This document shows positions 14,001 through 28,730 of a stretch of 64,000 bases of DNA, in pieces. Under the pieces are notes generated by a model. The model saw only the letters and a list, made by a program, of their open reading frames with translations, had not been told where the DNA came from and did not search any database. This stretch comes from Laetmonice hystrix (lineage: Eukaryota), in the NCBI GenBank assembly GCA_965235115.1, contig OZ249436.1, forward strand, positions 23,872,001-23,936,000, written 5' to 3'. Numbering within the stretch: the first letter of the stretch is position 1; every line of letters begins with the position of its first letter. The translations under genes were made by a program, and so were the position numbers.

Positions 14001-17000
14001 TAACGACGTCACCTATATTTTCCCAGGGCCATAACTTGTAAATGGTTGAAGATAGAGCCATAGTATTAAATTGAAGTCATATATACTCTTTCATTATACA
14101 CCTTCATTTTCCAGGTCACGTGACCTATGACGTCAGAGCAAGGTCGCCAATATGATTTCAGGGCTATAACTTGTAAACGCCAGAAATGCCAGATAGGGCC
14201 ATAGTTACTATTGAACACGAATAGAAAGTCATATATGGTCTTTCATTTTGCACCCATATTTTTCAAGTCACGTGACCTATGACGTCATAACAAGGTCACC
14301 TATATTTTCTCAGGGCTATAACTTGTAAATGGTTGAAGATTGAGCCATAGTTATTAGTAAACCCTAATATGAAGTCATATATACATGCTCTTTCATTATG
14401 CACCCATTTTCAAGTCACGTGACCTATCACGTCATAGCAAGGTCGCCAATATTTTCCATGGGCTATAACTTGTAAACGGTGCCAGATAGGGCGATAGTTA
14501 CTATTCAACACGAATAGGAAGTCATATATGGTCTTTCATTTTGCACCCATATTTTTCAAGTCACGTGACCTATGACGTCATAACAAGATCACCTATATTT
14601 TCTCAGGGCTATAACTTGTAAATGGTTGAAGATTGAGCCATAGTTATTAGTAAACCCTAATATGAAGTCATATTATACATGCTCTTTCATTATGCACCCA
14701 TTTTCAAGTCACGTGACCTATCACGTCATAGCAAGGTCGCCAATATTTTCCATGGGCTATAACTTGTAAACGGTGCCAGATAGGGCGATAGTTATTATTC
14801 AACACGAATAGGAAGTCATATATGGTCTTTCATTTGGCACCATTGTTTTGTACGTCACGTGACCTATGACGTCATAAGGAGGTCACCTATTCCTTGGGCT
14901 ATAACTTGTAAATGTTCGAAGATACAGCCATAGTTACTATGACGTCATTAGGATGTCATAAATATTCTCTCAGGGCTATAACTTGACCCCATACCTGGAA
15001 CTTGACAAACACCGCTGCCTATCACAGATGTGTCGGGAAGTCTCTGCCTTGAACATAACTTTACTCAAACTCAATATCAGAAGGGACACGTCACCCCGGG
15101 GTCTCGCCACGACATGACTAGTTCTTTGCGTTGTAGTTGTAGTAGTAGTAGTAGTAGTTAAGACATGTCGTTCTATCTCAGTCATTTTTCAAGATATCTC
15201 AATCAAACTTGGCTCAGATCTTGACCATGACAAAGTCAGGTCACACAATCAATCATGACGTCACGTCACGTCATGACGTCATGACGTCAAACGTGTCTTG
15301 CACATTGAGGCAATTTTTTTAAAAGTCATATTCGAAATTTTCAAAACCCCTCATGGCGTTTTAATCAGGCAAGGGTCCTGTCTCAAGTTGACCCTTCATT
15401 TGACCTTTGACCTTTGACCTTAAGGAGAACTGGCTACTGGGTCAGAATCGGGTTAAATCGCTACCCCGTCCCCATTTCTGGGAAAAATTTGACAATATCT
15501 GGCAGTACCCCTCTACATCGAAAGGTTCAAAACATACAAAGAGGGATTAGCGATTTGACCTATATTTACTGAACCACGTGACCTTAAAGTTTTCAATAGC
15601 GGTCAGTTTAGATATTTATGGGTATAACTTCTAAATGGTGCCAGACAGGGCCATAGTTACTATTGAACATGAATAGGAAGTCATATATGGTCTTTCATTT
15701 GACACCATTATTTTGGAGGTCACGTGACCTATGACGTCATAACCACGTCACCTATATTTTCCCAGGGCCATAACTTGTAAATGGTTGAAGATAGAGCCAT
15801 AGTTACTATTAAACACTAATAGGAAGTCATATATGATCTTTCATAATACACCTTCATTTTCCAGGTCACGTGACCTATGACATCAGAGCAAGATCGCCAA
15901 TGTGTTCTCAGGGCTATAACTTGTAAACGGTGCCAGATAGGGCCATAGTTACTATTGAACACGAATAGGAAATCATATATGGTCTTTCATTTGACACCAT
16001 TATTTTTTGGGTCACGTGACCTATGACGTCATAACGACGTCACCTATATTTTGCCAGGGCCATAACTTGTAAATGGTTGAAGATAGAGCCATAGTTACTA
16101 TTAAACACTAATAGGAAGTCATATATGCTCTTTCATTATACACCTTCATTTTCCAGGTCACGTGACCTATGACGTCATAAGGATGTCATTGACATTTTCT
16201 AAGGGCTATAACTTGTAAGCTGTGCCAGATAGAGCCATAGTTACTCTTGAACACGAATAGGAAGTCATATATGGTCTTTCTTTTGGCACCATTGTTTTGT
16301 AAGTCACGTGACCCATGACGTCTTAACGACGTCACCTATATTTTCCCAGGGCCATAACTTGTAAATGGTTGAAGATGGAGCCATAGTTACTATTAAACAC
16401 TAATAGGAAGTCATATATACTCTTTCATTATACACCTTCATTTTCCAGGTCACGTGACTTATGACGTCAGAGCAACGTCGCCAATATGTTCTCAGGGCCA
16501 TAACTTGTAAACGGTGCCAGATAGGGCCATAGATACTATTGAAAACGAATAGGAAGTCATATATGGTCTTTCATTTGAGACCATTATTTTTCAGGTCACG
16601 TGACCTGTGACGTCATAACGACGTCACCTATATTTGCCCAGCGCGATAACTTGTAAATGGTTGAAGATATAGCCATAGTTACTGTTAAACAGTAATAGGA
16701 AGTCATATGTACCCTTTCATTATAGACCTTCATTTTCCAGGTCACGTGACCTATGACGTCAGAGCAAGGTCGCCAATATGTTCTCAGGTCTATAACTTGT
16801 AAACGGTGCCAGATAGGGCCATAGTTACTATTGAACACGAATAGGAAGTCATATATGGTCTTTAATTTGACACCATTATTTTTTGGGTCCTGTGACCTAT
16901 GACGTCATAACGACGTCATCTATATTTTCCCTGGGCCATAACTTGAAAATAGTTGAAGATAGAGCCATAGTTACTATTAAACACTAATAGGAAGTCATAT

Positions 17001-17098
17001 ATACTCCTTCATTATACACCTTCATTTTCCGGGTCACGTGACTTATTGGAGCAAGGTCGCCAATATATTCTCAGGGCCATAACTTGTAAACGGTGCTA

Positions 17099-18212
17099 TA
17101 GTCCTTTGCAGCAAGTTAGGAACTGTCACGGGTAGCTCATTTGATCCCCAACAAATTCAGGGTTACTATTCTTAAATTTCAATAAAAGCTTCTAACATTA
17201 TAAAATAGTGTATGATCATAATAATAGCCCAGTTCAAAAGTTCTATCATGCAAGATTTTATTATATTATAAGAAAACACGATGACAACCCAGACTTTTAG
17301 TTAAACACATGGCCCATCTCATGGCCGCCGACGTCACAGCAGAGTCAGACTTCGCAGTGCTAGCAGCAGACATAATGCTGCTTTTACAAAAACTGGAATT
17401 CTGCTATGATTCAAACTCACATACACTTACACGCTTTACACTCATCTCAGGTAAAGGGCCAGAAAGTTTTAGCTCAATCGCACACTTTCTTATTGAGAAA
17501 ACATCAACGTTACATAAGACTTTTTGTGACAAGTTTTGACAGCTGTGACCCGGATGATAAACATGAAGAGGTCGACATCCTGGCAGTTAACATTATGCCA
17601 AACAGGAAGCTCTTACAAGGTCAAAATATCCCAGCATTAGAAAAAAATAATACAGTGGAAAACAGAAAAAGATTCCCTTTAAAAGGACATATAATAATAT
17701 GTTGTAAAAAAATTTGGACCTTAACTTATCATTGAAAATTAGCAATGACGTTGTTCTTCTGTGACGTCTGACAATGCATCTGTGACGTTTTGACCTATAA
17801 ACGTACAAAAACGGCAAATTTCGATCTCGCAGTGTGCTGCTGCTACAACTGGCAAAATTGAAGCTATAAAGATGACTGTAGTACCATTCGATCGGGAATT
17901 TAATTTTGAAACCAGCACACAAGATAGGATGTGTCAAGTTGAAAACGATGACCGCAGCGACACATTTACTGGTGCAGAGTCAAGGAAAATGGAAAATTTC
18001 GGCAAGTTTTTGTAGCTCTTCACACACTGCTAGCTTGTAGGATTTGAAGATTAGACAGATGTCATGTTGTGAATTACGTAGATCTAAGTCTAAGGTCTAG
18101 AATGGTGTTTATTTGAATACTGTAGACCCAATAGTTGCTGAGATATTAGCACCGGCACAAAAAATGTCAGGGCAACATGATGTTTTAGTTCCTAACTTGG
18201 TGACACGCGCTA
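17099..18212. mobile_element. 1114-bp non-autonomous TIR element with TA TSD (Tc1/mariner-like), copy 1
   Basis: Interrupts a 146-bp monomer (AACGGTGC-TA...TA-GATAGGGCC). Imperfect ~27-bp TIRs share CAAGTTAGGAACT / AGTTCCTAACTTG. Confidence 0.75.
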
Positions 18213-21200
18213 TAGATAGGGCCATAGTTACTATTGAACACGAATACGAAGTCATATATGGTCTTTCATTTAAGACCATTATTTTTCGAGTCACGTCACC
18301 TGTGACGTCATAACGACGTCACCTATATTTGCCCTGGGCCATAACTTGTAAATGGTTGAAGATAGAGCCATAGTTACTATTAAAGAGTAATAGGAAGTCA
18401 TATGTACCCTTTCATTATACACCTTCATTTTCCAGGTCACGTGACCTATGACGTCAGAGCAAGGTCGCCAATATGATTTCAGGGCTATAACTTGTAAACG
18501 CCAGAAATGCCAGATAGGGCCATAGTTACTATTGAACACGAATAGAAAGTCATATATGGTCTTTCATTTTGCACCCATATTTTTCAAGTCACGTGACCTA
18601 TGACGTCATAACAAGGTCACCTATATTTTCTCAGGGCTATAACTTGTAAATGGTTGAAGATTGAGCCATAGTTATTAGTAAACCCTAATATGAAGTCATA
18701 TATACATGCTCTTTCATTATGCACCCATTTTCAAGTCACGTGACCTATCACGTCATAGCAAGGTCGCCAATATTTTCCATGGGCTATAACTTGTAAACGG
18801 TGCCAGATAGGGCGATAGTTACTATTCAACACGAATAGGAAGTCATATATGGTCTTTCATTTTGCACCCATATTTTTCAAGTCACGTGACCTATGACGTC
18901 ATAACAAGATCACCTATATTTTCTCAGGGCTATAACTTGTAAATGGTTGAAGATTGAGCCATAGTTATTAGTAAACCCTAATATGAAGTCATATTATACA
19001 TGCTCTTTCATTATGCACCCATTTTCAAGTCACGTGACCTATCACGTCATAGCAAGGTCGCCAATATTTTCCATGGGCTATAACTTGTAAACGGTGCCAG
19101 ATAGGGCGATAGTTATTATTCAACACGAATAGGAAGTCATATATGGTCTTTCATTTGGCACCATTGTTTTGTACGTCACGTGACCTATGACGTCATAAGG
19201 AGGTCACCTATTCCTTGGGCTATAACTTGTAAATGTTCGAAGATACAGCCATAGTTACTATGACGTCATTAGGATGTCATAAATATTCTCTCAGGGCTAT
19301 AACTTGACCCCATACCTGGAACTTGACAAACACCGCTGCCTATCACAGATGTGTCGGGAAGTCTCTGCCTTGAACATAACTTTACTCAAACTCAATATCA
19401 GAAGGGACACGTCACCCCGGGGTCTCGCCACGACATGACTAGTTCTTTGCGTTGTAGTTGTAGTAGTAGTAGTAGTAGTTAAGACATGTCGTTCTATCTC
19501 AGTCATTTTTCAAGATATCTCAATCAAACTTGGCTCAGATCTTGACCATGACAAAGTCAGGTCACACAATCAATCATGACGTCACGTCACGTCACGTCAT
19601 GACGTCATGACGTCAAACGTGTCTTGCACATTGAGGCAATTTTTTTAAAAGTCATATTCGAAATTTTCAAAACCCCTCATGGCGTTTTAATCAGGCAAGG
19701 GTCCTGTCTCAAGTTGACCCTTCATTTGACCTTTGACCTTTGACCTTAAGGAGAACTGGCTACTGGGTCAGAATCGGGTTAAATCGCTACCCCGTCCCCA
19801 TTTCTGGGAAAAATTTGACAATATCTGGCAGTACCCCTCTACATCGAAAGGTTCAAAACATACAAAGAGGGATTAGCGATTTGACCTATATTTACTGAAC
19901 CACGTGACCTTAAAGTTTTCAATAGCGGTCAGTTTAGATATTTATGGGTATAACTTCTAAATGGTGCCAGACAGGGCCATAGTTACTATTGAACATGAAT
20001 AGGAAGTCATATATGGTCTTTCATTTGACACCATTATTTTGGAGGTCACGTGACCTATGACGTCATAACCACGTCACCTATATTTTCCCAGGGCCATAAC
20101 TTGTAAATGGTTGAAGATAGAGCCATAGTTACTATTAAACACTAATAGGAAGTCATATATGATCTTTCATAATACACCTTCATTTTCCAGGTCACGTGAC
20201 CTATGACATCAGAGCAAGATCGCCAATGTGTTCTCAGGGCTATAACTTGTAAACGGTGCCAGATAGGGCCATAGTTACTATTGAACACGAATAGGAAATC
20301 ATATATGGTCTTTCATTTGACACCATTATTTTTTGGGTCACGTGACCTATGACGTCATAACGACGTCACCTATATTTTGCCAGGGCCATAACTTGTAAAT
20401 GGTTGAAGATAGAGCCATAGTTACTATTAAACACTAATAGGAAGTCATATATGCTCTTTCATTATACACCTTCATTTTCCAGGTCACGTGACCTATGACG
20501 TCATAAGGATGTCATTGACATTTTCTAAGGGCTATAACTTGTAAGCTGTGCCAGATAGAGCCATAGTTACTCTTGAACACGAATAGGAAGTCATATATGG
20601 TCTTTCTTTTGGCACCATTGTTTTGTAAGTCACGTGACCCATGACGTCTTAACGACGTCACCTATATTTTCCCAGGGCCATAACTTGTAAATGGTTGAAG
20701 ATGGAGCCATAGTTACTATTAAACACTAATAGGAAGTCATATATACTCTTTCATTATACACCTTCATTTTCCAGGTCACGTGACTTATGACGTCAGAGCA
20801 ACGTCGCCAATATGTTCTCAAGGCCATAACTTGTAAACGGTGCCAGATAGGGCCATAGATACTATTGAAAACGAATAGGAAGTCATATATGGTCTTTCAT
20901 TTGAGACCATTATTTTTCAGGTCACGTGACCTGTGACGTCATAACGACGTCACCTATATTTGCCCAGCGCGATAACTTGTAAATGGTTGAAGATATAGCC
21001 ATAGTTACTGTTAAACAGTAATAGGAAGTCATATGTACCCTTTCATTATAGACCTTCATTTTCCAGGTCACGTGACCTATGACGTCAGAGCAAGGTCGCC
21101 AATATGTTCTCAGGTCTATAACTTGTAAACGGTGCCAGATAGGGCCATAGTTACTATTGAACACGAATAGGAAGTCATATATGGTCTTTAATTTGACACC

Positions 21201-21424
21201 ATTATTTTTTGGGTCCTGTGACCTATGACGTCATAACGACGTCATCTATATTTTCCCTGGGCCATAACTTGAAAATAGTTGAAGATAGAGCCATAGTTAC
21301 TATTAAACACTAATAGGAAGTCATATATACTCCTTCATTATACACCTTCATTTTCCGGGTCACGTGACTTATTGGAGCAAGGTCGCCAATATATTCTCAG
21401 GGCCATAACTTGTAAACGGTGCTA

Positions 21425-22538
21425 TAGTCCTTTGCAGCAAGTTAGGAACTGTCACGGGTAGCTCATTTGATCCCCAACAAATTCAGGGTTACTATTCTTA
21501 AATTTCAATAAAAGCTTCTAACATTATAAAATAGTGTATGATCATAATAATAGCCCAGTTCAAAAGTTCTATCATGCAAGATTTTATTATATTATAAGAA
21601 AACACGATGACAACCCAGACTTTTAGTTAAACACATGGCCCATCTCATGGCCGCCGACGTCACAGCAGAGTCAGACTTCGCAGTGCTAGCAGCAGACATA
21701 ATGCTGCTTTTACAAAAACTGGAATTCTGCTATGATTCAAACTCACATACACTTACACGCTTTACACTCATCTCAGGTAAAGGGCCAGAAAGTTTTAGCT
21801 CAATCGCACACTTTCTTATTGAGAAAACATCAACGTTACATAAGACTTTTTGTGACAAGTTTTGACAGCTGTGACCCGGATGATAAACATGAAGAGGTCG
21901 ACATCCTGGCAGTTAACATTATGCCAAACAGGAAGCTCTTACAAGGTCAAAATATCCCAGCATTAGAAAAAAATAATACAGTGGAAAACAGAAAAAGATT
22001 CCCTTTAAAAGGACATATAATAATATGTTGTAAAAAAATTTGGACCTTAACTTATCATTGAAAATTAGCAATGACGTTGTTCTTCTGTGACGTCTGACAA
22101 TGCATCTGTGACGTTTTGACCTATAAACGTACAAAAACGGCAAATTTCGATCTCGCAGTGTGCTGCTGCTACAACTGGCAAAATTGAAGCTATAAAGATG
22201 ACTGTAGTACCATTCGATCGGGAATTTAATTTTGAAACCAGCACACAAGATAGGATGTGTCAAGTTGAAAACGATGACCGCAGCGACACATTTACTGGTG
22301 CAGAGTCAAGGAAAATGGAAAATTTCGGCAAGTTTTTGTAGCTCTTCACACACTGCTAGCTTGTAGGATTTGAAGATTAGACAGATGTCATGTTGTGAAT
22401 TACGTAGATCTAAGTCTAAGGTCTAGAATGGTGTTTATTTGAATACTGTAGACCCAATAGTTGCTGAGATATTAGCACCGGCACAAAAAATGTCAGGGCA
22501 ACATGATGTTTTAGTTCCTAACTTGGTGACACGCGCTA
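21425..22538. mobile_element. 1114-bp TA-flanked TIR element, copy 2 (created by the tandem duplication)
   Basis: Same sequence and same insertion point as 17099-18212. Confidence 0.75.
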
Positions 22539-25500
22539 TAGATAGGGCCATAGTTACTATTGAACACGAATACGAAGTCATATATGGTCTTTCATTTAAG
22601 ACCATTATTTTTCGAGTCACGTCACCTGTGACGTCATAACGACGTCACCTATATTTGCCCTGGGCCATAACTTGTAAATGGTTGAAGATAGAGCCATAGT
22701 TACTATTAAAGAGTAATAGGAAGTCATATGTACCCTTTCATTATACACCTTCATTTTCCAGGTCACGTGACCTATGACATCATAAGAATGGCATTTTCTA
22801 AGGTCTATAACTTGTAAATGGTTAAAGATTGAGCCATAGTTACCAGTAAACCCTAATATGAAGTCATATATACATGCTCTTTCATTTTGCACCAATAATT
22901 TTCCAGTCACGTGACCTATGACGTCATAGCAAGGTCGCCAATATTTTCCCAGGGCTATAACTTGTAAACTGTGCCAGATAGGGCCATAGTTACTATTGAA
23001 CACGAATAGGAAGTCATATATGATATTTCATTTGGCACCATTGTTTTGTACGTGACGTGACCTATGACGTCATAAGGAGGTCACCTATATATTCCCTGGG
23101 CTATAACTTGTAAATGGTTGAAGATGCAGCCATAGTTACTATGACGTCATAAGGATGTCATAAATATTCTCTCAGGGACATAACTTGACACCTTACCTGG
23201 CACTTCCCAAACACCACTGCCTATTACAGATGTGTCGGGAAGTGTCTGCCTTGAACGTAACTCTACTCAAACTCAATATCAGAAAGGACATGTCACCCCG
23301 GGGATGGGATCCATCGTGGTCTCGCCACGACATGACTAGTTATCCCATCCCCCGTCAGGGGATGGGATCTTGATATTGTCTGGTTTCGTCTTCCGTATTA
23401 TTATTCTTTGCGTTGTAGTTGTAGTAGTAGTAGTAGTAGTTAAGACATGTCATTCTATCTCAGTCATTTTTCAAGATATCTCAATCAAACTTGGCTCAGA
23501 TCTTGACCATGACAAAGTCAGGTCACACAATCAATCATGACTTCACGTCACGTCACGTCATGACGTCATGACGTCAAACGTGTCTTGCACATTGGGGCAA
23601 TTTTTTTAAAAGTCATATTCGAAATTTTCAAAACCCATCATGGCGTTTTAATCAGGCAAGGGTCCTGTCTCAAGTTGACCCTTCATTTGACCTTTGACCT
23701 TTGACCTTAAGGAGAACTGGCTACTGGGTCAGAATCGGGTTGAATCGCTACCCCTTCTCCATTTATGGGAAAAATTTGACAATATGTGGCAGTGCCCCTC
23801 TATATCGAAAGCTTCAACACATACAAAGAGGGATTAGCGATTTGACCTATATTTACTGAACCACGTGACCTTAAAGTTTTCAACAGCGGTCAGTTTAGAT
23901 ATTTATGGGTATAACTTCTAAATGGTGCCAGATAGGGCCATAGTTACTATTGAACATGAATAGGAAGTCATATATGGTCTTTCATTCGACACCATTATTT
24001 TGGAGGTCACGTGACCTATGACGTCATAACGACTTCACCTATATTTTCCCAGAGCTATAACTTGTAAATGGTTGAAGATAGAGCCATAGTTACTATTAAA
24101 CACTAATAGGAAGTCATATATGATCTTTCATTATACACCTTCATTTTCCAGGTCACGTGACCTATGACGTCATAAGGATGTCATTGACATTTTCTCAGGG
24201 CTTTAACTTGTAAACGGTGCCAGATAGAGCCATAGTTACTCTTGAACACGAATAGGAAGTCATATATGGTCTTTCATTTGGCACCAATGTTTATGTAGGT
24301 CACGTGACCTATGACGTCATAAACGTCACCTATATTTTCCCAGGGCCATAACTTGTAAATGGTTGAAGATAGAGCCATAGTTACTATTAAACACTAATAG
24401 GAAGTCATATATACTCATTCATTATACACCTTCATTTTCCGGGTCACGTGACCTATGACGTCATAAGGATGTCATTGACATTTTCTCAGGGCTTTAACTT
24501 GTAAACGGTGCCAGATAGAGCCATAGTTACTCTTGAACACGAATAGGAAGTCATATATGGTCTTTCATTTGGCACCATTGTTTATGTAGGTCACGTGACC
24601 TATGACGTCATAAACGTCACCTATATTTTGCCAGGGCCATAACTTGTAAATGGTTGAAGATACAGCCATAGTTACTATTAAACACTAATAGGAAGTCATA
24701 TATACTCATTCATTATACACCTTCATTTTCCAGGTCACGTGACTTATGACGTCAGAGCAAGGTCGCGAATGTGTTCTCAGCGCTATAACTTGTAAACGGT
24801 GCCAGATAGAGCCATAGTTACTATTGAACACGAATAGGAAGTCATATATGGTCTTTCATTTGACACCATTATTTTTCGGGTCACGTGACCTATGACGTCA
24901 TAACGACGTCATCTCTATTTTCCCAGGGCCATAACTTGTAAATGGTTGGAGATAGAGCCATAGTTACTATTAAACACTAATAGGAAGTCATATATGCTCT
25001 TTCATTATACACCTTCATTTTCCAGGTCACGTGACCTATGACGTCATAAGGATGTCATTGACATTTTCTCAGGGCTATAACTTGTAAACTGTGCCAGATA
25101 GAGCCATAGTTACTATTGAACACGAATAGGAAGTCATATATGGTCTTTCATTTGGCACCATTGTTTTGTAAGTCACGTGACCCATGATGTCTTAACGACG
25201 TCACCTATATTTTCCAGGGCCATAACTTGTAAATGGTTGCAGATAGAGCCATAGTTACTATTAAACACTAATAGGAAGTCATATATACTCCTTCATTATA
25301 CACCTTCATTTTCCAGGTCACGTGACTTATTGGAGCAAGGTCGCCAATATATTCTCAGGGCCATAACTTGTAAACGGTGCCAGATAGGGCCATAGTTACT
25401 ATTGAACACGAATAGGAAGTCATATATGGTCTTTCATTTGAGACCATTATTTTTCGAGTCACGTGACCTGTGACGTCATAACGACGTCACCTATATTTGC

Positions 25501-26829
25501 CCTGGGCCATAACTTGTAAATGGTTGAAGATAGAGCCATAGTTACTATTAAACAGTAATATGAAGTCATATGTACCCTTTCATTATACACCTTCATTTTC
25601 CAGGTCACGTGACCTATGACGTCATAAGAATGTCATTGGCATTTTCTAAGGACTATAACTTGTAAATGGTTAAAGATTGAGCCATAGTTACCAGTAAACC
25701 CTAATATGAAGTCATATATACATGCCCTTTGATAAGGCACCAATAATTTTCAAGTCACGAGACCTATGACGTCATATCAAGGTCGCCAATATGTTCCCAG
25801 GGCTATAACTTGTAAACGGTGCCAGATAGGGGCATAGCTACTATTGAACACGAATAGGAAGTCATATATGGTCTTTCATTTGGCACCATTGTTTTGTACG
25901 TCACGTGACCTATGACGTCATAAGGAGGTCACCTATATATTCCCTAGGCTATAACTTGTAAATGGTTGAAGATGCAGCCATAATTACTATGACGTCATGA
26001 GGATGTCATAAATATTCTCTCAGGGTCATAACTTGACAAGTTACCTGGAACTTCCCAAACACCACTGCCTATCACAGATGTGTCGGGAAGTGTCTGCCTT
26101 GAACGTAACTCTACTCAAACTCAATTACAGAAAGGACATGTCACCCCGGGGATGGGATCCATCGTGGTCTCGCCACGACATGACTAGTTATTCTTTGCGT
26201 TGTAGTTGTAGTAGTAGTAGTAGTAGTAGTAGTAAACATTTCGTTCTATCTCAGTCATTTTTCAAGATATCTCAATCAAACTTTGCTCAGATCTTGACCA
26301 TGACAAAGTCAGGTCACACAATCAATCATGACGTCACGTCACGTCACGTCATGACGTCATGACGTCAAACGTGTCTTGCACATTGGGGCCATTTTTTAAA
26401 AAGTCGTATTCCAAATTTTTTAAAACTCATCATGGCGTTTTAATCAGGCAAAGGTCCTGTGTCAAGTTGACCCTTCATTTGACCTTTGACCTTTGACCTT
26501 AAGGAAAACTGGCTACTGGGTCAGAATCGGGTTGAATCGCTACCCCTTCCCCATTTCTTGGAAAAATTCGACAATATCTGGCATTACCACTCTAGATCGA
26601 AAGGTTCAAAACATACAAAGAGGGATTATCGATTTGACCTATATTTACTGAACCACGTGACCTTAAAGTTTTCAACAGAGGTCAGTTTAGATATTTATGG
26701 GTATAACTTGTAAACGGTGTCAGATAGGGTCATAGTTACTATTGAACATGAATAGGAAGTCATATATGGGCTTTCATTTGACATCATTATTTTGTAGGTC
26801 ACGTGACCTATGACGTCATAACCACGTCA

Positions 26830-28730
26830 CCTATATTTTCCCAGGGCCATAACTTGTAAATGGTTGAAGATAGAGCCATAGTTACTATTAAACACTAATA
26901 GGAAGTCATATATGATCTTTCATTATACACCTTCATTTTCCAGGTCACGTGACCTATGACGTCATAAGAATGTCATTGACATTTTTTCAGGGCTTTAACT
27001 TGTAAACGGTGCCAGATAGAGCCATAGTTACTCTTGAACACGAATAGGAAGTCATATATGGTCTTTCATTTGACACCATTATTTTGGAGGTCACGTGACC
27101 TATGACGTCATAAACGTCACCTATATTTCCCAGGGCCATAACTTGTAAATGGTTGGAGATAGAGCCATAGTTACTATTAAACACTAATAGGAAGTCATAT
27201 ATACTCATTCATTATACACCTTCATTTTCCAGGTCACGTGACCTATGACGTCAGAGCAAGGTCGCCAATATGTTCTCAGGTCTATAACTTGTAAACGGTG
27301 CCAGATAGGGCCATAGTTACTATTGAACACGAATAGGAAGTCATATATGGTCTTTCATTTGACACTATTATTTTTTGGGTCACGTGACCTATGACGTCAT
27401 AACGACGTCATCTATATTTTCCCAGGGCCATAACTTGTAAATGGTTGGGGATAGAGCCATAGTTACTATTAAACACTAATAGGAAGTCATATATGATCTT
27501 TCATTATACACCTTCATTTTCCAGGTCACGTGACCTATGACGTCATAAGAATGTCATTGACATTTTTTCAGGGCTTTAACTTGTAAACGGTGCCAGATAG
27601 AGCCATAGTTACTCTTGAACACGAATAGGAAGTCATATATGGTCTTTCATTTGACACCATTATTTTGGAGGTCACGTGACCTATGACGTCATAAACGTCA
27701 CCTATATTTCCCAGGGCCATAACTTGTAAATGGTTGGAGATAGAGCCATAGTTACTATTAAACACTAATAGGAAGTCATATATACTCATTCATTATACAC
27801 CTTCATTTTCCAGGTCACGTGACCTATGACGTCAGAGCAAGGTCGCCAATATGTTCTCAGGTCTATAACTTGTAAACGGTGCCAGATAGGGCCATAGTTA
27901 CTATTGAACACGAATAGGAAGTCATATATGGTCTTTCATTTGACACCATTATTTTTTGGGTCACGTGACCTATGACGTCATAACGACGTCATCTATATTT
28001 TCCCAGGGCCATAACTTGTAAATGGTTGGGGATAGAGCCATAGTTACTATTAAACACTAATAGGAAGTCATATATGATCTTTCATTATACACCTTCATTT
28101 TCCAGGTCACGTGACCTATGACGTCATAAGAATGTCATTGACATTTTTTCAGGGCTTTAACTTGTAAACGGTGCCAGATAGAGCCATAGTTACTCTTGAA
28201 CACGAATAGGAAGTCATATATGGTCTTTCATTTGACACCATTATTTTGGAGGTCACGTGACCTATGACGTCATAAACGTCACCTATATTTCCCAGGGCCA
28301 TAACTTGTAAATGGTTGGAGATAGAGCCATAGTTACTATTAAACACTAATAGGAAGTCATATATACTCATTCATTATACACCTTCATTTTCCAGGTCACG
28401 TGACCTATGACGTCAGAGCAAGGTCGCCAATATGTTCTCAGGTCTATAACTTGTAAACGGTGCCAGATAGGGCCATAGTTACTATTGAACACGAACAGGA
28501 AGTCATATATGGTCTTTCATTTGACACCATTATTTTTTGGGTCACGTGACCTATGACGTCATAACGACGTCATCTATATTTTCCCAGGGCCATAACTTGT
28601 AAATGGTTGGGGATAGAGCCATAGTTACTATTAAACACTAATAGGAAGTCATATATGCTCTTTCATTATACACCTTCATTTTCCAGGTCACGTGACCTAT
28701 GACGTCATAAGGATGTCATTGACATTTTCT
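26830..28730 (+). repeat. 581-bp higher-order repeat (4 monomers) x ~3
   Basis: Identical ORFs at 26987, 27568 and 28149 (period 581 = 4x146 - 3). Confidence 0.9.

Larger units (their letters stand above)
14088..22778 (+). repeat. Recent ~4.32-kb tandem duplication
   Basis: Offset is 4321, then 4326 after one extra CGTCA unit. Identical ORF pairs 14976/19297, 16596/20922, 17309/21635, 17593/21919, 18113/22439. Both breakpoints fall in 146-bp arrays. Confidence 0.92.
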
